Positions 1-12,805 of a DNA stretch of 64,000 bases are shown here, in pieces; the stretch's first letter is position 1; the number at the start of each line of letters is the position of its first letter. Below the pieces are notes generated by a model that was not told the DNA's origin, did not search any database, and saw only the letters and a list, made by a program, of their open reading frames with translations. Source of the DNA: Trypanosoma brucei (lineage: Eukaryota); contig CM000207.1 in NCBI GenBank assembly GCA_000002445.1, positions 1,056,001 through 1,120,000 on the forward strand. Direction: 5' to 3'. Position numbers and translations under genes: made by a program.

Positions 1-226
1 TGCTAAACGCTCCGATTGGAAGGTAAATTTCATGTTCCCACCCCGGTGGGTTTCGGCACACCCCCTGCGCATGCAAGTGTCTGATTGCTCTTGGGCACCA
101 TGTTCTTCCAGATTAATTGCCCACTTCCTACCGTTTCTTGTCCCACTACATCTAGATACGCATCCTCTCACCTAGTTGGAGTTTTCTCAGGTTTAAAGCG
201 TTGTGTTGTTATCGCGCCGCATCGCT

Positions 227-1228
227 ATGGATGATGAGACATTCGCGTGTATCGTCCCTCCAGCAGCCACAATTCAGCAGTGCTTTGATCGTCTCCTAAA
301 CGAGGCGCCACCCTCGTTAGATGACGGCGAGGGAACGGAAGGGAAAACGTGGAGCATGCTGATTGACCGTAGGGAGTTTGTAGAGGATACGCTTCAGTCC
401 TTCGAGGTCCTGGAAGCACGGCGGAAGGAAACCATGAGAAACGCAAGTGGCCAAGCATACGCAGCTCCTAGCTGTGGCGTAGTGCCCACCGTCGTAGAGC
501 CGTCAGGAAAAGGCCTCCCGTACGCAGTGTCTTCGTTTTTCGGCGAGGGCAAGTGGGAGCACGTGTGGAGTCAGTTTGAGCGTGACGTAGCGCGAGAGAC
601 GCTGATCGTCAACGGTGTAGTGTGCAGAGATGCTGAGGCTGCCTTTGAGAAAATTTCAGATCTCATGAACGATGCATATGACGAACTGCTAGCACAGAAC
701 TCAAATGAAGAGACGAATAGTCCCGCCAGGGTGCCGGGATGGAAAGGACGCGGGATTCTGCGGACCGCAAGGAGTTTTGTGGAGTTAGTGAAGGAAACAG
801 TGAAGAAGCCTGCCAAGGAGCGAAGGGTAAAAGAATCCGTTCGGCTGGCTGTTTTGGGAGCTCAGCAGACTATCTTGGCACTACCACTGGAACTCCTGAC
901 CGCACATTTTTCCAAATCTGAAGAGGACGTGGGAAAGGATGATGATTATGTTCCGCAAATGGTGCACATAGGGGAAATGTCATACGACCCGAGGGATGAA
1001 GGCGTAAAGAGGTACAGTGAAAATAGTCCAGGGAGAATGTTCGTGCAAGTAGAACGTCGCAGCCAGGGAAGTAGGTTACCCTTCGTGCGCGTTGACAAAC
1101 AACTTCGTGTTTTCACGACTGACGAAGCGATGGTGCGGCGAGAAAAATTGTATTTACGCATAATTGTTGAAATTAACCTTCTTTCAGATGATCAAGTGGA
1201 GCTAAGCTGGGAGTGGGGTCGCCCGTAA
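227..1228 (+). CDS. Hypothetical protein, 333 aa from the first ATG. The track's start at 203 is a GTG.
   Basis: Long uninterrupted + strand ORF in the same orientation as the downstream array. ATG verified at 227 ('atcgctATGgatgatgag'). No recognisable domain by eye. Confidence 0.45.
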   Translation: MDDETFACIVPPAATIQQCFDRLLNEAPPSLDDGEGTEGKTWSMLIDRREFVEDTLQSFEVLEARRKETMRNASGQAYAAPSCGVVPTVVEPSGKGLPYAVSSFFGEGKWEHVWSQFERDVARETLIVNGVVCRDAEAAFEKISDLMNDAYDELLAQNSNEETNSPARVPGWKGRGILRTARSFVELVKETVKKPAKERRVKESVRLAVLGAQQTILALPLELLTAHFSKSEEDVGKDDDYVPQMVHIGEMSYDPRDEGVKRYSENSPGRMFVQVERRSQGSRLPFVRVDKQLRVFTTDEAMVRREKLYLRIIVEINLLSDDQVELSWEWGRP

Positions 1229-4200
1229 AGGTAACCATGTTTCTCATACTTTTACTGTTGGTGCTGTTACTTCCATTTCGTCTCGTCGTTGATTCACGGT
1301 CGTGCCCTCGTTGCACCCATTAAAAGGTGTAGCCGTGGTTCGGGGCTGCGCTTTTTGGTCCCATGACACCACACGCAAGTCGCAGCGGACTCAGGAGATA
1401 GAAATGGAGAGGGGTTGCTTTTCGGTCCCGTTTGTGTATCATCCCAATCAACGTCGTGCAATGCTCGCGGAGCATTTTTTTAGTGAGCGCGCTTTGTATG
1501 ACTATTACCAATAACGTGGAGTTTCCACGCATACATCAAATGATTGTCAATGAAAGAAGTGAGGACGACCGTATGGTCCTTAACAAACCCATGGAACCGT
1601 TGCAAATTTTCATCTCTAATATCTCATCCCTCTCTTCCTTCATTTTCTACTTTCTCATTTATCCCTCGATGTTTTTTTGAATATGTGAGACCGGCGCAGA
1701 TTTCAAAGCCCTCCGCTTGGATCTGCCAAGCCGCGAGTTAGGTCTGTTCTCCACATCTGAAAAGAACCGTCTCTTCCTCCCCATTTATAAGTGGCAAAAG
1801 AGTTGAAACTTATTGCAGAGCATCGTAAAGGTCACACGGAAAGAGCACGAAATGCATTCGACAGGGCAGCAGAGCAGCTGAATTGCCTAAATCAACCTTC
1901 AAAGCGTTGTGCAGGCCCCCTGTGGTGCGTGCGGGAGTGTTGTGGTTATCCACTCTGATTCGACACTTGCATGTCGGTTAACTCCCACTTTTTGCACAAC
2001 ATTCCTTTCATCCGAAGGTAGTTGAGAGCATTCTTCTTTTTTTTTTCCTGTCCGCGTTAGGAAAGGGCTGAAGACTTTTATATATCGAATACTCGGACTG
2101 CTCTAAGAAGCACGGTCCCTCAAAGTTTTATTGGTTCTGTAATCGTACAATTTTATCTTACACTTTACCGTTTCGGAAAGGTGAAAGAATCAAAGAGATA
2201 ATGTTAGGGAACCTTATTGAAGGAACCATGAACATCCTGACTTACAGCTCCGATTGCTTTTCCCTCTGGCACAGAACAGAACCCACTCATATATTTAAGA
2301 GTTCTACGCGCAAAGTTTGCTTAGTAGAGCCGATGTGCCTCACATCCCCGTACTAAATAATGAAGGTCGCTCGACCAACTTCAGTTACTTAATATGCCCT
2401 TGTATCACGATGCCTTTGCGGAGGTAGTACCCCTACATCCCTGCCATATGCCTATGACTAGGGCATCAGTCCGCCTGTAGCCCTCAGTTGGCGTTGGGAA
2501 GCGGCCAGGCACGTGAAGCATGTGCTGGTTCCATTTCCGCGGCCCCTGTTGCAGCACATGCGGGAGGCCGGTGGTGTGAAGTCGTTAAAAGCAGCACAAC
2601 AAAGCACTGTTCCATCCGCCAAAAGTAAACCCACCGATGGCTTCTTTAAAAGGGATGCTTTCGTTGTTTTTTTTTTCTTTGGAGGTTGCTGCCGAACTGT
2701 TTTATTGATCGCGGTTGAGGTCATACAGTCCCGGCGTACAATGCTCACCATGTGATTGTCAGTTTGTGAGGGGCCGCGCGCCTGCGGACAAAGCGTGGGT
2801 GGCGAACCGCCATGAGGCAAGGACCTTTGAACCCCGATAGAAGTGAAGGGGGACAGTCGGTGATGGACGTTTCACCGAAGCCCAACCGGCCCCGTTGGTG
2901 GACCTCCGTGAGGCGAAGAGCCCAAAACTGGGGAGTCGGAGTCGGACTGCGACGCCCCCGGGCCCGACGCGCCACCAGGAGCCTCCCGCGCTGTGGATGT
3001 GGTGCAGCAGCTTTTGCCCTTTGGAGAGGTTGAGGGGGGTGTCCGAGGCACCGCTTGGTGTTACTGACGGTGTCATCCTCTTGAACTCTCGTGAGAGGAA
3101 GTGACGGTTGGCTGTGCGGTAAATTCCTTTTAATATTTCAAATGCGCAAAGGGAAAACGCCCCCTCCGGGTGCCGAGTTTGCCTCCAAGCACTGCGGACA
3201 AACCGTTTTTTGGGGGGGAAAGCCGGTGCCATTCGGATTGCAGTTATCCGTCATGAAGGGACGAGGTGTATTTCACTCGAAAGAGCTAAGCGCATCCGAT
3301 CCCTTCGGATTCAGACTGAAGTGTTCGATTCGGCGCTGTTGCTACACCCTGCTTACACCCAATGTCGCCAACGCGCCTCCGCAACCCTGCGGGGTTGTTC
3401 AAATGAACATGTACGGTTGACCCCTGGCCCTTTGGCAAGCGCTGATTGGACCGAAGGTGATGCAAGGGGGAAAGATAACCTAAACGGGGGCAAATCATTC
3501 GCGACACGGTTAGCCAGAAAGCTCGGTATAAATATATTACCTCGGCGATTGACCGGCGAGCGGTCAGCCCACACACACCCAACTGACGTTAGTTGGAGCC
3601 CCAACGGAAAGCGAAACTGCTTCGTTGGCCTCGGTGTGTTGGGAGGCGCGGTCCGTGACATTGTCGAGGTTTTATTCACATTGCGGTACCCTCTTGCTGA
3701 TATGGAAACTCCCAGTTAGAACCGCTGGTCGCCAAGGTTTGTGTGTGCCCTCTGCTGATTATGACGAGTTTACATGGCAAATGTTGCTCCTCATCTTGAA
3801 AGCGCGAACATCCGATGCGCTTTCGGGTCCTAACAGCGCCTCATGGTGGTTCCTGCATCTGCCAGCGCGGATGCTAGGTTATGCAACCCCACAGTCTCCC
3901 ACGAAGCGACGGTTCAGGCGCGCCCGGCGTCCTTACGAGTGGCTTCGCAGCTCCGTCTGGCCTCTGAGTGCTCGTGCCCTTAATATTTGAAACAAGCAGC
4001 ACAACAGCGCCGATCCGTAGCTACGGGAGCCCCTTCCTTCGCACCCCCAGAACGTACACATATTTCCGCGGACGCACACGTGGCCTCCGCGGCTTCAACA
4101 GGGCCTGACGTATCGTTCTTTCAGGGGGCTTCTGGCGCCAGCTCCAGCGTTGGATAACCCAAAGGACGAAAGCTGCCGGTTTGTGTTTCTAAATTTTGGA

Positions 4201-4591
4201 CAAACGAATACGAAACTGCACATTTCGCGACCGGTTTGCTTCTGAACGTTGCCACTGTTTGAAGCAATAGAGTTCCAACCGTATCGTCTCCTTTAAACCT
4301 TTACTTCTTATCTTGATCTGACATTTGTTCTTGAGGTTGTATTTAATGTTGCGATAACTGGCTGCACGTACCTTCCAAAGTGGGCAAGACAGTGCGCCAG
4401 AGGGGGGGCGGTGTGAAGTGCTTTTCGCTGCCATCCACATGCACGTGAAGTGGCAGCAAACACCCCTTTAAACGATAATGCGACCCTGTTGTGTTTTCTT
4501 GTTTTGCTCCTTCTACTCTTTACTTGTTTGTGACATAACCGGAATAGCAAAAGGTTACCACCTCTAAAAAAGTTAAGGCGAGAGCTACGAA

Positions 4592-5470
4592 ATGCACAAG
4601 CAAGGGTTGACATACAAATATGGGAATGAGCCGCGAGTTTTTCCTGAGAGACGGAAAAGGGAGCGGCCGCCGCCTTTCCAACCCCTTGATCCCCAAAGAG
4701 ACCTGGCAGCAACGGCGGAGATTAAATCAGCGGCGCAGACCCTTATGGCAGTGCCCCCCGATTGTTACGGTGCTCAACACAGTTCAGTTAAGCGCCCCGC
4801 GTACGAACACCGCCGCGAGTCATTTAGAAGAAGCGGGCACCGGCGAAGCCAAACAGAAACTGAGCAACTTAGCGTAGAGCAACGCAATTTCACCTCCCGG
4901 CAACAAAATGAAGGATGCAGCACGCAAGATGTAGAGGATGGAGCAGTGAAGACAACGACCCATCAGCCAGAGGTTCCACCGATGGAGGCGAAGCCCCCTG
5001 AACCCAGTCCGCTCCAGGAGCTGTTACGACGAATTATCATATTTGAATTCTCTTCGAAATGCACACAGCGCTCGATCAACGTTGTGCGGACCATTTGTGA
5101 TACACTGTGCAAGAATCCTGCCGGTGTGGTTGAAGCAATGCTAGTCATAGAGGGGTGCTTTGCTGATGCTTTGAAAGAAAGGAACCAGCAAAGACTACTC
5201 CACTATTGGTATATAGTGGACGCCATAATGAAGTTATTCCGGGACAGGCAGCTTATGCTCGAGGCGGTCTTCGTCGCCCTGCCTCATCTTCTTCTTGTGT
5301 ACGTACCCTGGAATAACAGCAAATTGGCCATGGAGCCGTGGTTCAATCGGGAGAAGGACACCGAAAATTATAAAAACTTGTTTAATGTGTGGGAGTCTAT
5401 TGTGCCCGAAAAAATTACAAACGACATCAAGAAACTTTGGCAAGATGGATTCCCTGTGGGAATCCACTGA
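4592..5470 (+). CDS. Hypothetical protein with a possible CID/RPR-like helical domain
   Basis: ATG at 4592. The segment 'LQELLRRIIIFEF…LLHYWYIVDAIMKLF…' resembles the CTD-interaction (CID/RPR) domain pattern of Pcf11/Rtt103-type proteins. The family call is weak. Confidence 0.4.
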   Translation: MHKQGLTYKYGNEPRVFPERRKRERPPPFQPLDPQRDLAATAEIKSAAQTLMAVPPDCYGAQHSSVKRPAYEHRRESFRRSGHRRSQTETEQLSVEQRNFTSRQQNEGCSTQDVEDGAVKTTTHQPEVPPMEAKPPEPSPLQELLRRIIIFEFSSKCTQRSINVVRTICDTLCKNPAGVVEAMLVIEGCFADALKERNQQRLLHYWYIVDAIMKLFRDRQLMLEAVFVALPHLLLVYVPWNNSKLAMEPWFNREKDTENYKNLFNVWESIVPEKITNDIKKLWQDGFPVGIH

Positions 5471-8400
5471 GGGGGGCACTTCAGTGATTGGACACGAGCG
5501 AACGATGGGTCACGCAGAGTGGAAAAAAGATGGCGCCAGTAGTATAATTACATGACAACGACAAAATGTCGAAAACTTAACCGTTAGGAAGAGACCCCAC
5601 AGGAACGTCCCCGTAGGACGACGTACTGGAAAACTCTGACCGCCTTTTCGCCTACCGCGTTGCTAACCGATACACAGTAAGTAATCGTTTTCCGAAAGAG
5701 AAATAGCATCCTGCCTTTAGGTCATACATCATTTTCAGAGCCCTGGTTTTACCTCGTCAACTCTTGGAGGGCAAACCGTCACGGTTATCAAGCGCAGGTG
5801 AAGACCTATGTGTTCCACGCCTGCAAAAACACAAAAGAAAATGAGAGGTATAAGTGTGCTCAGAATTTAACACGCCCCCGGGGACCGTCGGATGCAACCA
5901 CAGACGACAAAGGGACACACCGAGCTGCAAGGCTCTTCGCGGTTTCCTCAAATTGGGATAGGTCCCTGGGTGCGTCGAAGCTTCCCATCTTCCCTGGATC
6001 GCACCCCTCCCTCCCACACACACCACCCACAGTTCCGCTTTTCAGATGGGAAACCCCCTTACCCCATCTTCCTTCATACCGTGTTCAGCCGTAACGACGT
6101 TTATAATTTAAACAGCAAAGCATATAATTGTACTCGAAGTGTTTCCATTTTTTGACGTTCTCTCAGGACAAGAAAAAATTTAGTGTGCAGCGGCGTGGAA
6201 GCAACAGGGTCTCGCATTGTATCTCGTGCGGCGTGGGAAGAGAAAGCCCGCAGAGGTGGGGATTAGAGACGGCATATAGTGAGTGTTGGCGGATTCGGGA
6301 AGACCGTCTGTCGCTGGTTATCCGAAATGTGTCTGCACATCTAAACACGGCGGTGCAGACGCCTTGTTTTCGTCTTAGTGTTTTGTTTGGCGGGTAACGT
6401 TATCTAGGAGAAGACAGGTTCAAGCTTACTCTGAAAGGCAACACGATAAGTAGGGATCTTCGACTTTTTTGACCCCCGAAAACGATAATACTCTAGGAAG
6501 AGATGAAGAAACGGTAGGATTACATGTGCTTTGGAGATTTTCATCTTTTTTTTAGGGGATCTGACGAGGGGAATGACCAAACTTTGCCCATTTTCATGTG
6601 AAATCCAACAATCCATCATGATTCTTGTCTTCATCTCATGCTTCAGAAGGGCGTCACAAAAAGTATGTCTTTGAAACTAGGAGTAGGTTGAAGGCAATGT
6701 TAACCACAAGACCTCAGCGACCCTTCATGGGTGGACAACTGGTGGCAAGACCCATAAGTTCTCACAGTGTTCGTCAGACGGAGTGATCAGATACCATTTT
6801 CTTTTGACTGGAAACCACACTTTGGTACGTAACTCAATTGTACCGAGGGCACCTTAACTATGGAACAAACAAAACTCATGATGCATCCTGAAGGTGGTAC
6901 CAAAACTAACTTTTGTTCTTTACGATACTTCACGTGCCTTTCACCAAGCCGAAGACTGAGGGCTTCCACAGGGCATTTGACGATGCACGAGTGACCCTTC
7001 GGAATGAATGGCTGAAGTTGGATGAAAGGCAAATCAATTATGCATCAGCAGTGTGTGATGGCCCATGCATATCTGGTCGGAGAAATTTAAAGATCCAACA
7101 AAAAGCATACTTGCAAACATTGGGTTCAAGGGGTCGCATGAATCAGCTTCGGCAGCACATCAACGTACTGGGGCTGCAGATAAAGCAGATGCAAGCTCAA
7201 ACGGATCGGGTGAAGGTGTCGCTTGCCCGGAAGTGGAAACAGGCTGGACCTCTTTCCAGCCGCACAAGGCGTCAGCGATAGGGCCGTATGGAGCATTATA
7301 GCACAACTCGTTATGCACTCGTGCCCAATGGCATGCTCAAACAACGAAACCGATAGCGACCGTTGTGGCGGTGAACACCCCAGGTGACACGAAAGTATTG
7401 GAATCTACACTAAGTGAGTGGAAAGGGTGTACCGCGTTTCCAACGAGCTGAAACCCCCTCCGCGGAAAGGCGCCAACACGTTACCCCGTCATGCGGGTTA
7501 TGAAAGAGATGTTTCCCTCGCTCAACACAAGGAAGACCCCACAAGGGGATTGGAAGGGTCTCTTAGGTAAGGCTATGTCACACTTGAAAACTTCAGAAAA
7601 CGAGGTATCAATAAGCAGTACCGGCCCACGATCCCTATGTTGCGGCATTGGCTTCAGAAGCAATTCACATCACCAAGAGTGTATGGACACAAACGAGTTG
7701 GGAACAAAGTGTTTCCATAATGCGGGGATTTTGCAATTCCTTAACAAAGAATAATCCATAGCCTCGGGAAGAAAATGCTTCTTTGCGTATTGTAAGCTAA
7801 TAATTGGCCAGGGGCGGTGCGGTGTGATATACCAGAACCTTATTGACGTTGCTAGCCACAGTAAAATCATCAGTTCATATGTTTTTAGCCGGCCCTCAAA
7901 GGAAGGCGGCCGCAAGCCACACAAAACGAGTTCACCCCATGGAAAGCTTGGGAATTGGATCTTATCGGCGAGTTGTTAACTCTAGAAAACGATCGGGTGG
8001 ACCAACGACCCGTCTGAGTGACAGTCAGTTGATGGATGGAAATCGCGTTGCCCAAAAAAGAAATTTTCATCCCTCACCCTCGAAAAAAGGGCGCTCTGAT
8101 TGTGGATTGGAGGGCCCAGCCGAAGACGCACAAGCCCAACTCACACATAGAGCGGTATGGTATGTGGTGATCGGGGGAGAAGATGCACAAGGGGTAAAAG
8201 CTGTAATCAAGAGCATGGGGGAGGGGGAACGGCTCTCAGTGCCAACCGTGAGGGAAACGGAAAGCGCTCTCCGACTATGCGGCACGACGGGGCATCCCAT
8301 ACAAGAGGCGCGCTAGCGCATGCAATTGCAGCGGTGATCGAAGGCGGTCTCAACACCCGATTGGCGGTGCAGTTATGGGAAACACGCGAACCCTCTAGAG

Positions 8401-11400
8401 TTGCCATGAAAAAACACAGATCGCCGCATAGGGTCTCGGATAGCCCTAGAAGGCAAGTCCGCTCACCTGACACCATATATGTGGTAGAAGCGGTAAGGAA
8501 AATGGGCAAATTCACCGTGGATAGTTCCGATCAGAGGACATGATAGGGGGCAACTCTTCCAATGGCATTGCACCGAACGACGCACTCACCGTGCACGGGT
8601 GGAAGATAAAGACGACGAACGAAGGCCGCTGGCACAGCATGTGAACGTGGACATTCCATCCTTGAACTGAGTCCTGAGTCGACTAAAATCAAAGGAGCCT
8701 GAAAGGTTTGGGGTGCAGTGTGGAACGTTAGGAAACAACCAAATATCTCGAGGAAAGAGCGAGGAGGAAGGAGGGGCCCTTTGAGGACAACAAATGCGGA
8801 TGCTCAAACAATGAAACAGGCGGGAGTTGCTTAAACTGCATCGAGGTTACCAACCATGGGGTGAGTGGCGCCTTTTGCTATCGCTGGGGAGAAACTGTTG
8901 GGGTCGCGGCGGCGTTTCATAGCCTGGTCAAAATCAAAAAATGAACAGGAAGACTGCGGGACGAGGGTTTCTTTGGGTTACATTTCCCTGTAATTTGGGG
9001 GCAGTTTGTATTAAAATCACTGCCATTTCTTCGTTTGAAGGAGGTTATTTTCCAAGTAACTTTTCCAGAAACGCAGAAATTTCCGTTGTCGCGTCGGAAA
9101 ATAATCCTGTGGATGGCGGCTCACGCGGGGTGAAGGTCTCACCGCCGGACATAGCGAAGGGGACTGTGGGAGGCAGATTAGGGGTGCTTTCAGTACCTCC
9201 TTTTCGCCCGTTTAAAAGCCACTAGCCTCCTTATAATCTAAAGTTAGGATTTTCAATAAGGACCCTCAACAATGCAAATGATGGATATGATGGTCGCAAC
9301 GGAAGTTCGATATGAGTTTTTTTTGTTCCAACACACTCCTTACTTAACAAAGAGGTGGGGTATAGACTATTCTATGGAAATAAGTTAATCGCAGCTAACA
9401 AGGATGTGGCCAGCCCTTCCGCTTCAGCCATCTTGCACCGTTTGGACATGATCATGAAAAGACGGTCGCATGCCCAAAGGCGGGCCAAGGGAGCATCGTG
9501 GTAAAACATGATGTATTCTAAGATATCACCCCCTTGCTTCCCTTTCCGCAACTACTTAGGAAATAGGGCCATTCATCGGATCTTTCATTCGGTGTCGAGT
9601 AGGTTGCCAAATGTTTTCATGCGAAAGCGAAACATTGATCCTTTGTGACTAAAAGCCTCCCCTAATAACCACACCGTAGTATGAAGGTTAGACGGCGGCC
9701 GTTTGACGGTTCTCTGCCGAATGTTTCACGGAATCTCACGTCATATGTGGGAAACTATGTCACTGATTTTGCCTTTAAAAAAAAATGATATGATGGAATA
9801 CTTCTTTATTATTTATTTAATTGCTGCTCAATTTATGTAAACCTTCTCAATCTTTCAATGCATATTTTTCTCGATCCCCCACCATTCCCGTGCTTAGAGG
9901 AAAACGATACTATTTCCCGTGGTAATTTACTTCGTCGTTCCGTGAGCATTTGTTCCCTACCCCAAACAAGCCACTTGTTTCCACATATTTGAACAACAGG
10001 CCCCAATAATCCTTCCAATATTTCCACTGAACTACCGCCCTAACTCTTTTACCTTACACACAATCGGCAACAAAAAAAAACATCTTTCAACGAACTTTTC
10101 TCTGCGTACCAAGAGGTCCGTGGATTGGTGACGGCCCGCCTGCACGGGGCTGCGGGCCCTAAATCATTGCTCAGCCGTTAACGGACCTGCTGCGGGCGAG
10201 ATGGCGCGCTGTTGCCATGGCACTTTCCCTGGACCCACAGCTCGCCAAGCAGGTGGCAGCCACTTGTCCGCTCCCGACCCAGCAAGCCGCTAAACAGTAA
10301 TGTCACGCTGGGGCGGCTGTTATCATCGCGACCTCAGTGCTCTCATTTTTTTTTTCCGCGTCGGTACCCACGCAGGTGGATGAACCCTCCCAGGAGGGTT
10401 TTTACCTGTTGGAAGGGTGAACCTCCTCTGAAATTTTCTTTAAATTTTGCTGTGCGCATACGCTACTACGAAGAAATGCGAAGGAAAGTCAGAAGGGGAA
10501 AGCGGAGGCTGAAGCGTTGAATGGTAAAAAAAAAACATAAAGAGAACAGATATTATTAAAGTGGAAGGTCACAGTTTGAAGTTTGCAATAACAACGAGTG
10601 TCAGCAGCAGCCGGCAGCAGGAATGAAGAAATATTTAGAGAAGTGTTTGTCGTGGGGGGAGAAGGCCGAAGGAGGAAGCGCCTGAGCTTTTTATTGAGTC
10701 TGATACTGTAAATATCAGTGTTCTGCTTTCTTCCCCATCAATTTTTCATTCCTAAACATTGGTTTGCTGGCCTTTTCTCGGTGAAACGAAACTGCGAGGT
10801 GGGCGCTTTTCATTTGTCTTCAAGTTTCCCCCTTACAAAGCTCCTCAACAGTTGGTCTTATTCTGGAACGACCTTACAGTTTAGCCATCTCTATTCCCCA
10901 GCACCCTCTCCCAGTACAACACATGACCCTTTCTTTCCCCCTCTTTCGTCCCGCGCGCATCTCAAATCTACCCTCCGCGTTGTCCAATATATGTGGAAAG
11001 ATGCTCAGTGTCCTGCTGCACGGTTTCTTTTATGTTTCGGACAAGGTTTGCACTAATTTTCCAAAGTTTCCTATCCACGCCCTTTTTGAGGTCCACAGGC
11101 ATCACACATTTTCCCCACTTCTCCTCTAGATCCTCCCCAAGGACCAATGTTTCCCTCCTTCCTGGTACTCTCGAAAACCAACTGACCTCCCTCCATCAGA
11201 CCATTTCAATATTCAAAGCACATCCTCCGATAACTCCCAGCACTGCTGAAAAACACTCCTGAACCACCCAGTCGAAAAATAATCACAATTAAAAACGGCC
11301 CCTTTATCCCCCGAATTTGCTTTATATACAGCGCTTCGAACTCTTTTGTACCGCCTTTCCCATGGCGATGTCAATCATATCCACGTTGCGGCATGGCCCG

Positions 11401-12253
11401 CCACTCCGCTCAGGTGATGAAAGGCAAGCACCCGCATCTTATTCCGTTGGAGTGGATCGCGGCGGAAGGGCTTCAGCACCACACCAAAGCTTAGACTATG
11501 ACAAATGCGCTACACAGCAGGCGCCATCATAGGAGGGTCCCTGGGCACGTTCTGACTTCCCGCAAACGGTGCCATCCGCAGGAAAATGCTGGGCAGTGCA
11601 GACGTCAATTAGAATCCCGGGTGCTTTTTTTTTCGGTATAAATTGGAACGTTGCTGCGCTCTTAAACGAAGTGAGCAGCACCCGTCACCGCGTTGCCTTC
11701 AGCCGCGATGCAAAGAGAGATATACCTATTCCGATCCCTGAAGATATCCTTCTGGAGGTGAACTTCTCGAAGGGTTCATTACACGATCATTTCCATTTTG
11801 CGGTATGTCCCATACAAATACTCGAACTAACACAAGCCTCCGCTTTTCCCCTCGTCGAAAAGGAGGGTACGCCAGAGAAAAACTTGACGATCTCCTTCAG
11901 GATGGTCCACGAGTATTTGGTGACGATCCCAACTTTCATTCTCTTGTGCCATAGATGTCTCCCCCTATGCGGTGGAAGTGGCTTCACAGCTCGACTAAAC
12001 GCAGAAAATAAAAACACCGCCGGAAAGACCCACGAAACTGTGTGTTAAGACTTGGGCCAGGGGCGCTGGTCCCACATACGGTGTAATTTCTTGAAAAGAC
12101 TGTTTTGTTGCGAAAAGGAGCCCTCAACCCACGGCGTAAAGCTGCCGTTCGATCATATTCTTCCACGGCCACGTCGGGTCGGACGAGCCGCTATTTTCAC
12201 TGCAAATATCCTTACAAGCATCGCATCAGCGGAAATACCATAACTTGTGGGAA

Positions 12254-12805
12254 CTAGAACTCGCCACGCAGGGGAAAACTGAGACGATTAAGGAAGAGGG
12301 ACATATCCACAGTCACGACGACGCGCTTGCAATCATAGTTTGCGAGGCGCCGATCGCCGCAGTCTGGCAGGTAGAACAATATCCATAAACCTTTCCCCAT
12401 GGACAAAGAGGTGGCTGAAATGGAAAATAAGATTAATAACACCACGGAAAACACTGAACGGAATCGTCCTGTAACGCAGGGTCGACCGCATTTATTACCG
12501 TGCTCGATTCCCAACGTTGTCGAAACAAGTTCTTCAAAATGAGCATATCTGACAAGAAAAGCCTGAAACGTCAGCAGGCGAGTTGTAGCCTGCTCAGTGG
12601 AAACCTCGGCATGAGGATCGCACTGCACGAGAGAAGAATAGGAGCATTTTCCTTGTAACTTCGACCACTTCTGGAGGGTCAAATTCTGATCTGTCCTGCT
12701 TCCCGAGCGGCACTCACCATCACAAGGATGATAGAAGAATTTTGTGAGAGCACCTGACAACTGATTGACCAGTGAAAGTACCAGAAGTAATTTAAAAAAC
12801 GTCAT
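12254..12805 (-). CDS. Orphan minus-strand ORF, 183 aa, with a predicted N-terminal signal peptide and one internal TM segment. It may be spurious.
   Basis: ATG verified on the minus strand ('cat' at 12803-12805). Hydrophobic N-terminus 'MTFFKLLLVLSLVNQLSGA' and an internal hydrophobic stretch 'VFSVVLLILFSISATSL'. It lies alone inside the gene-poor region and opposite to the dominant coding strand. Confidence 0.15.
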   Translation of the reverse strand: MTFFKLLLVLSLVNQLSGALTKFFYHPCDGECRSGSRTDQNLTLQKWSKLQGKCSYSSLVQCDPHAEVSTEQATTRLLTFQAFLVRYAHFEELVSTTLGIEHGNKCGRPCVTGRFRSVFSVVLLILFSISATSLSMGKGLWILFYLPDCGDRRLANYDCKRVVVTVDMSLFLNRLSFPLRGEF

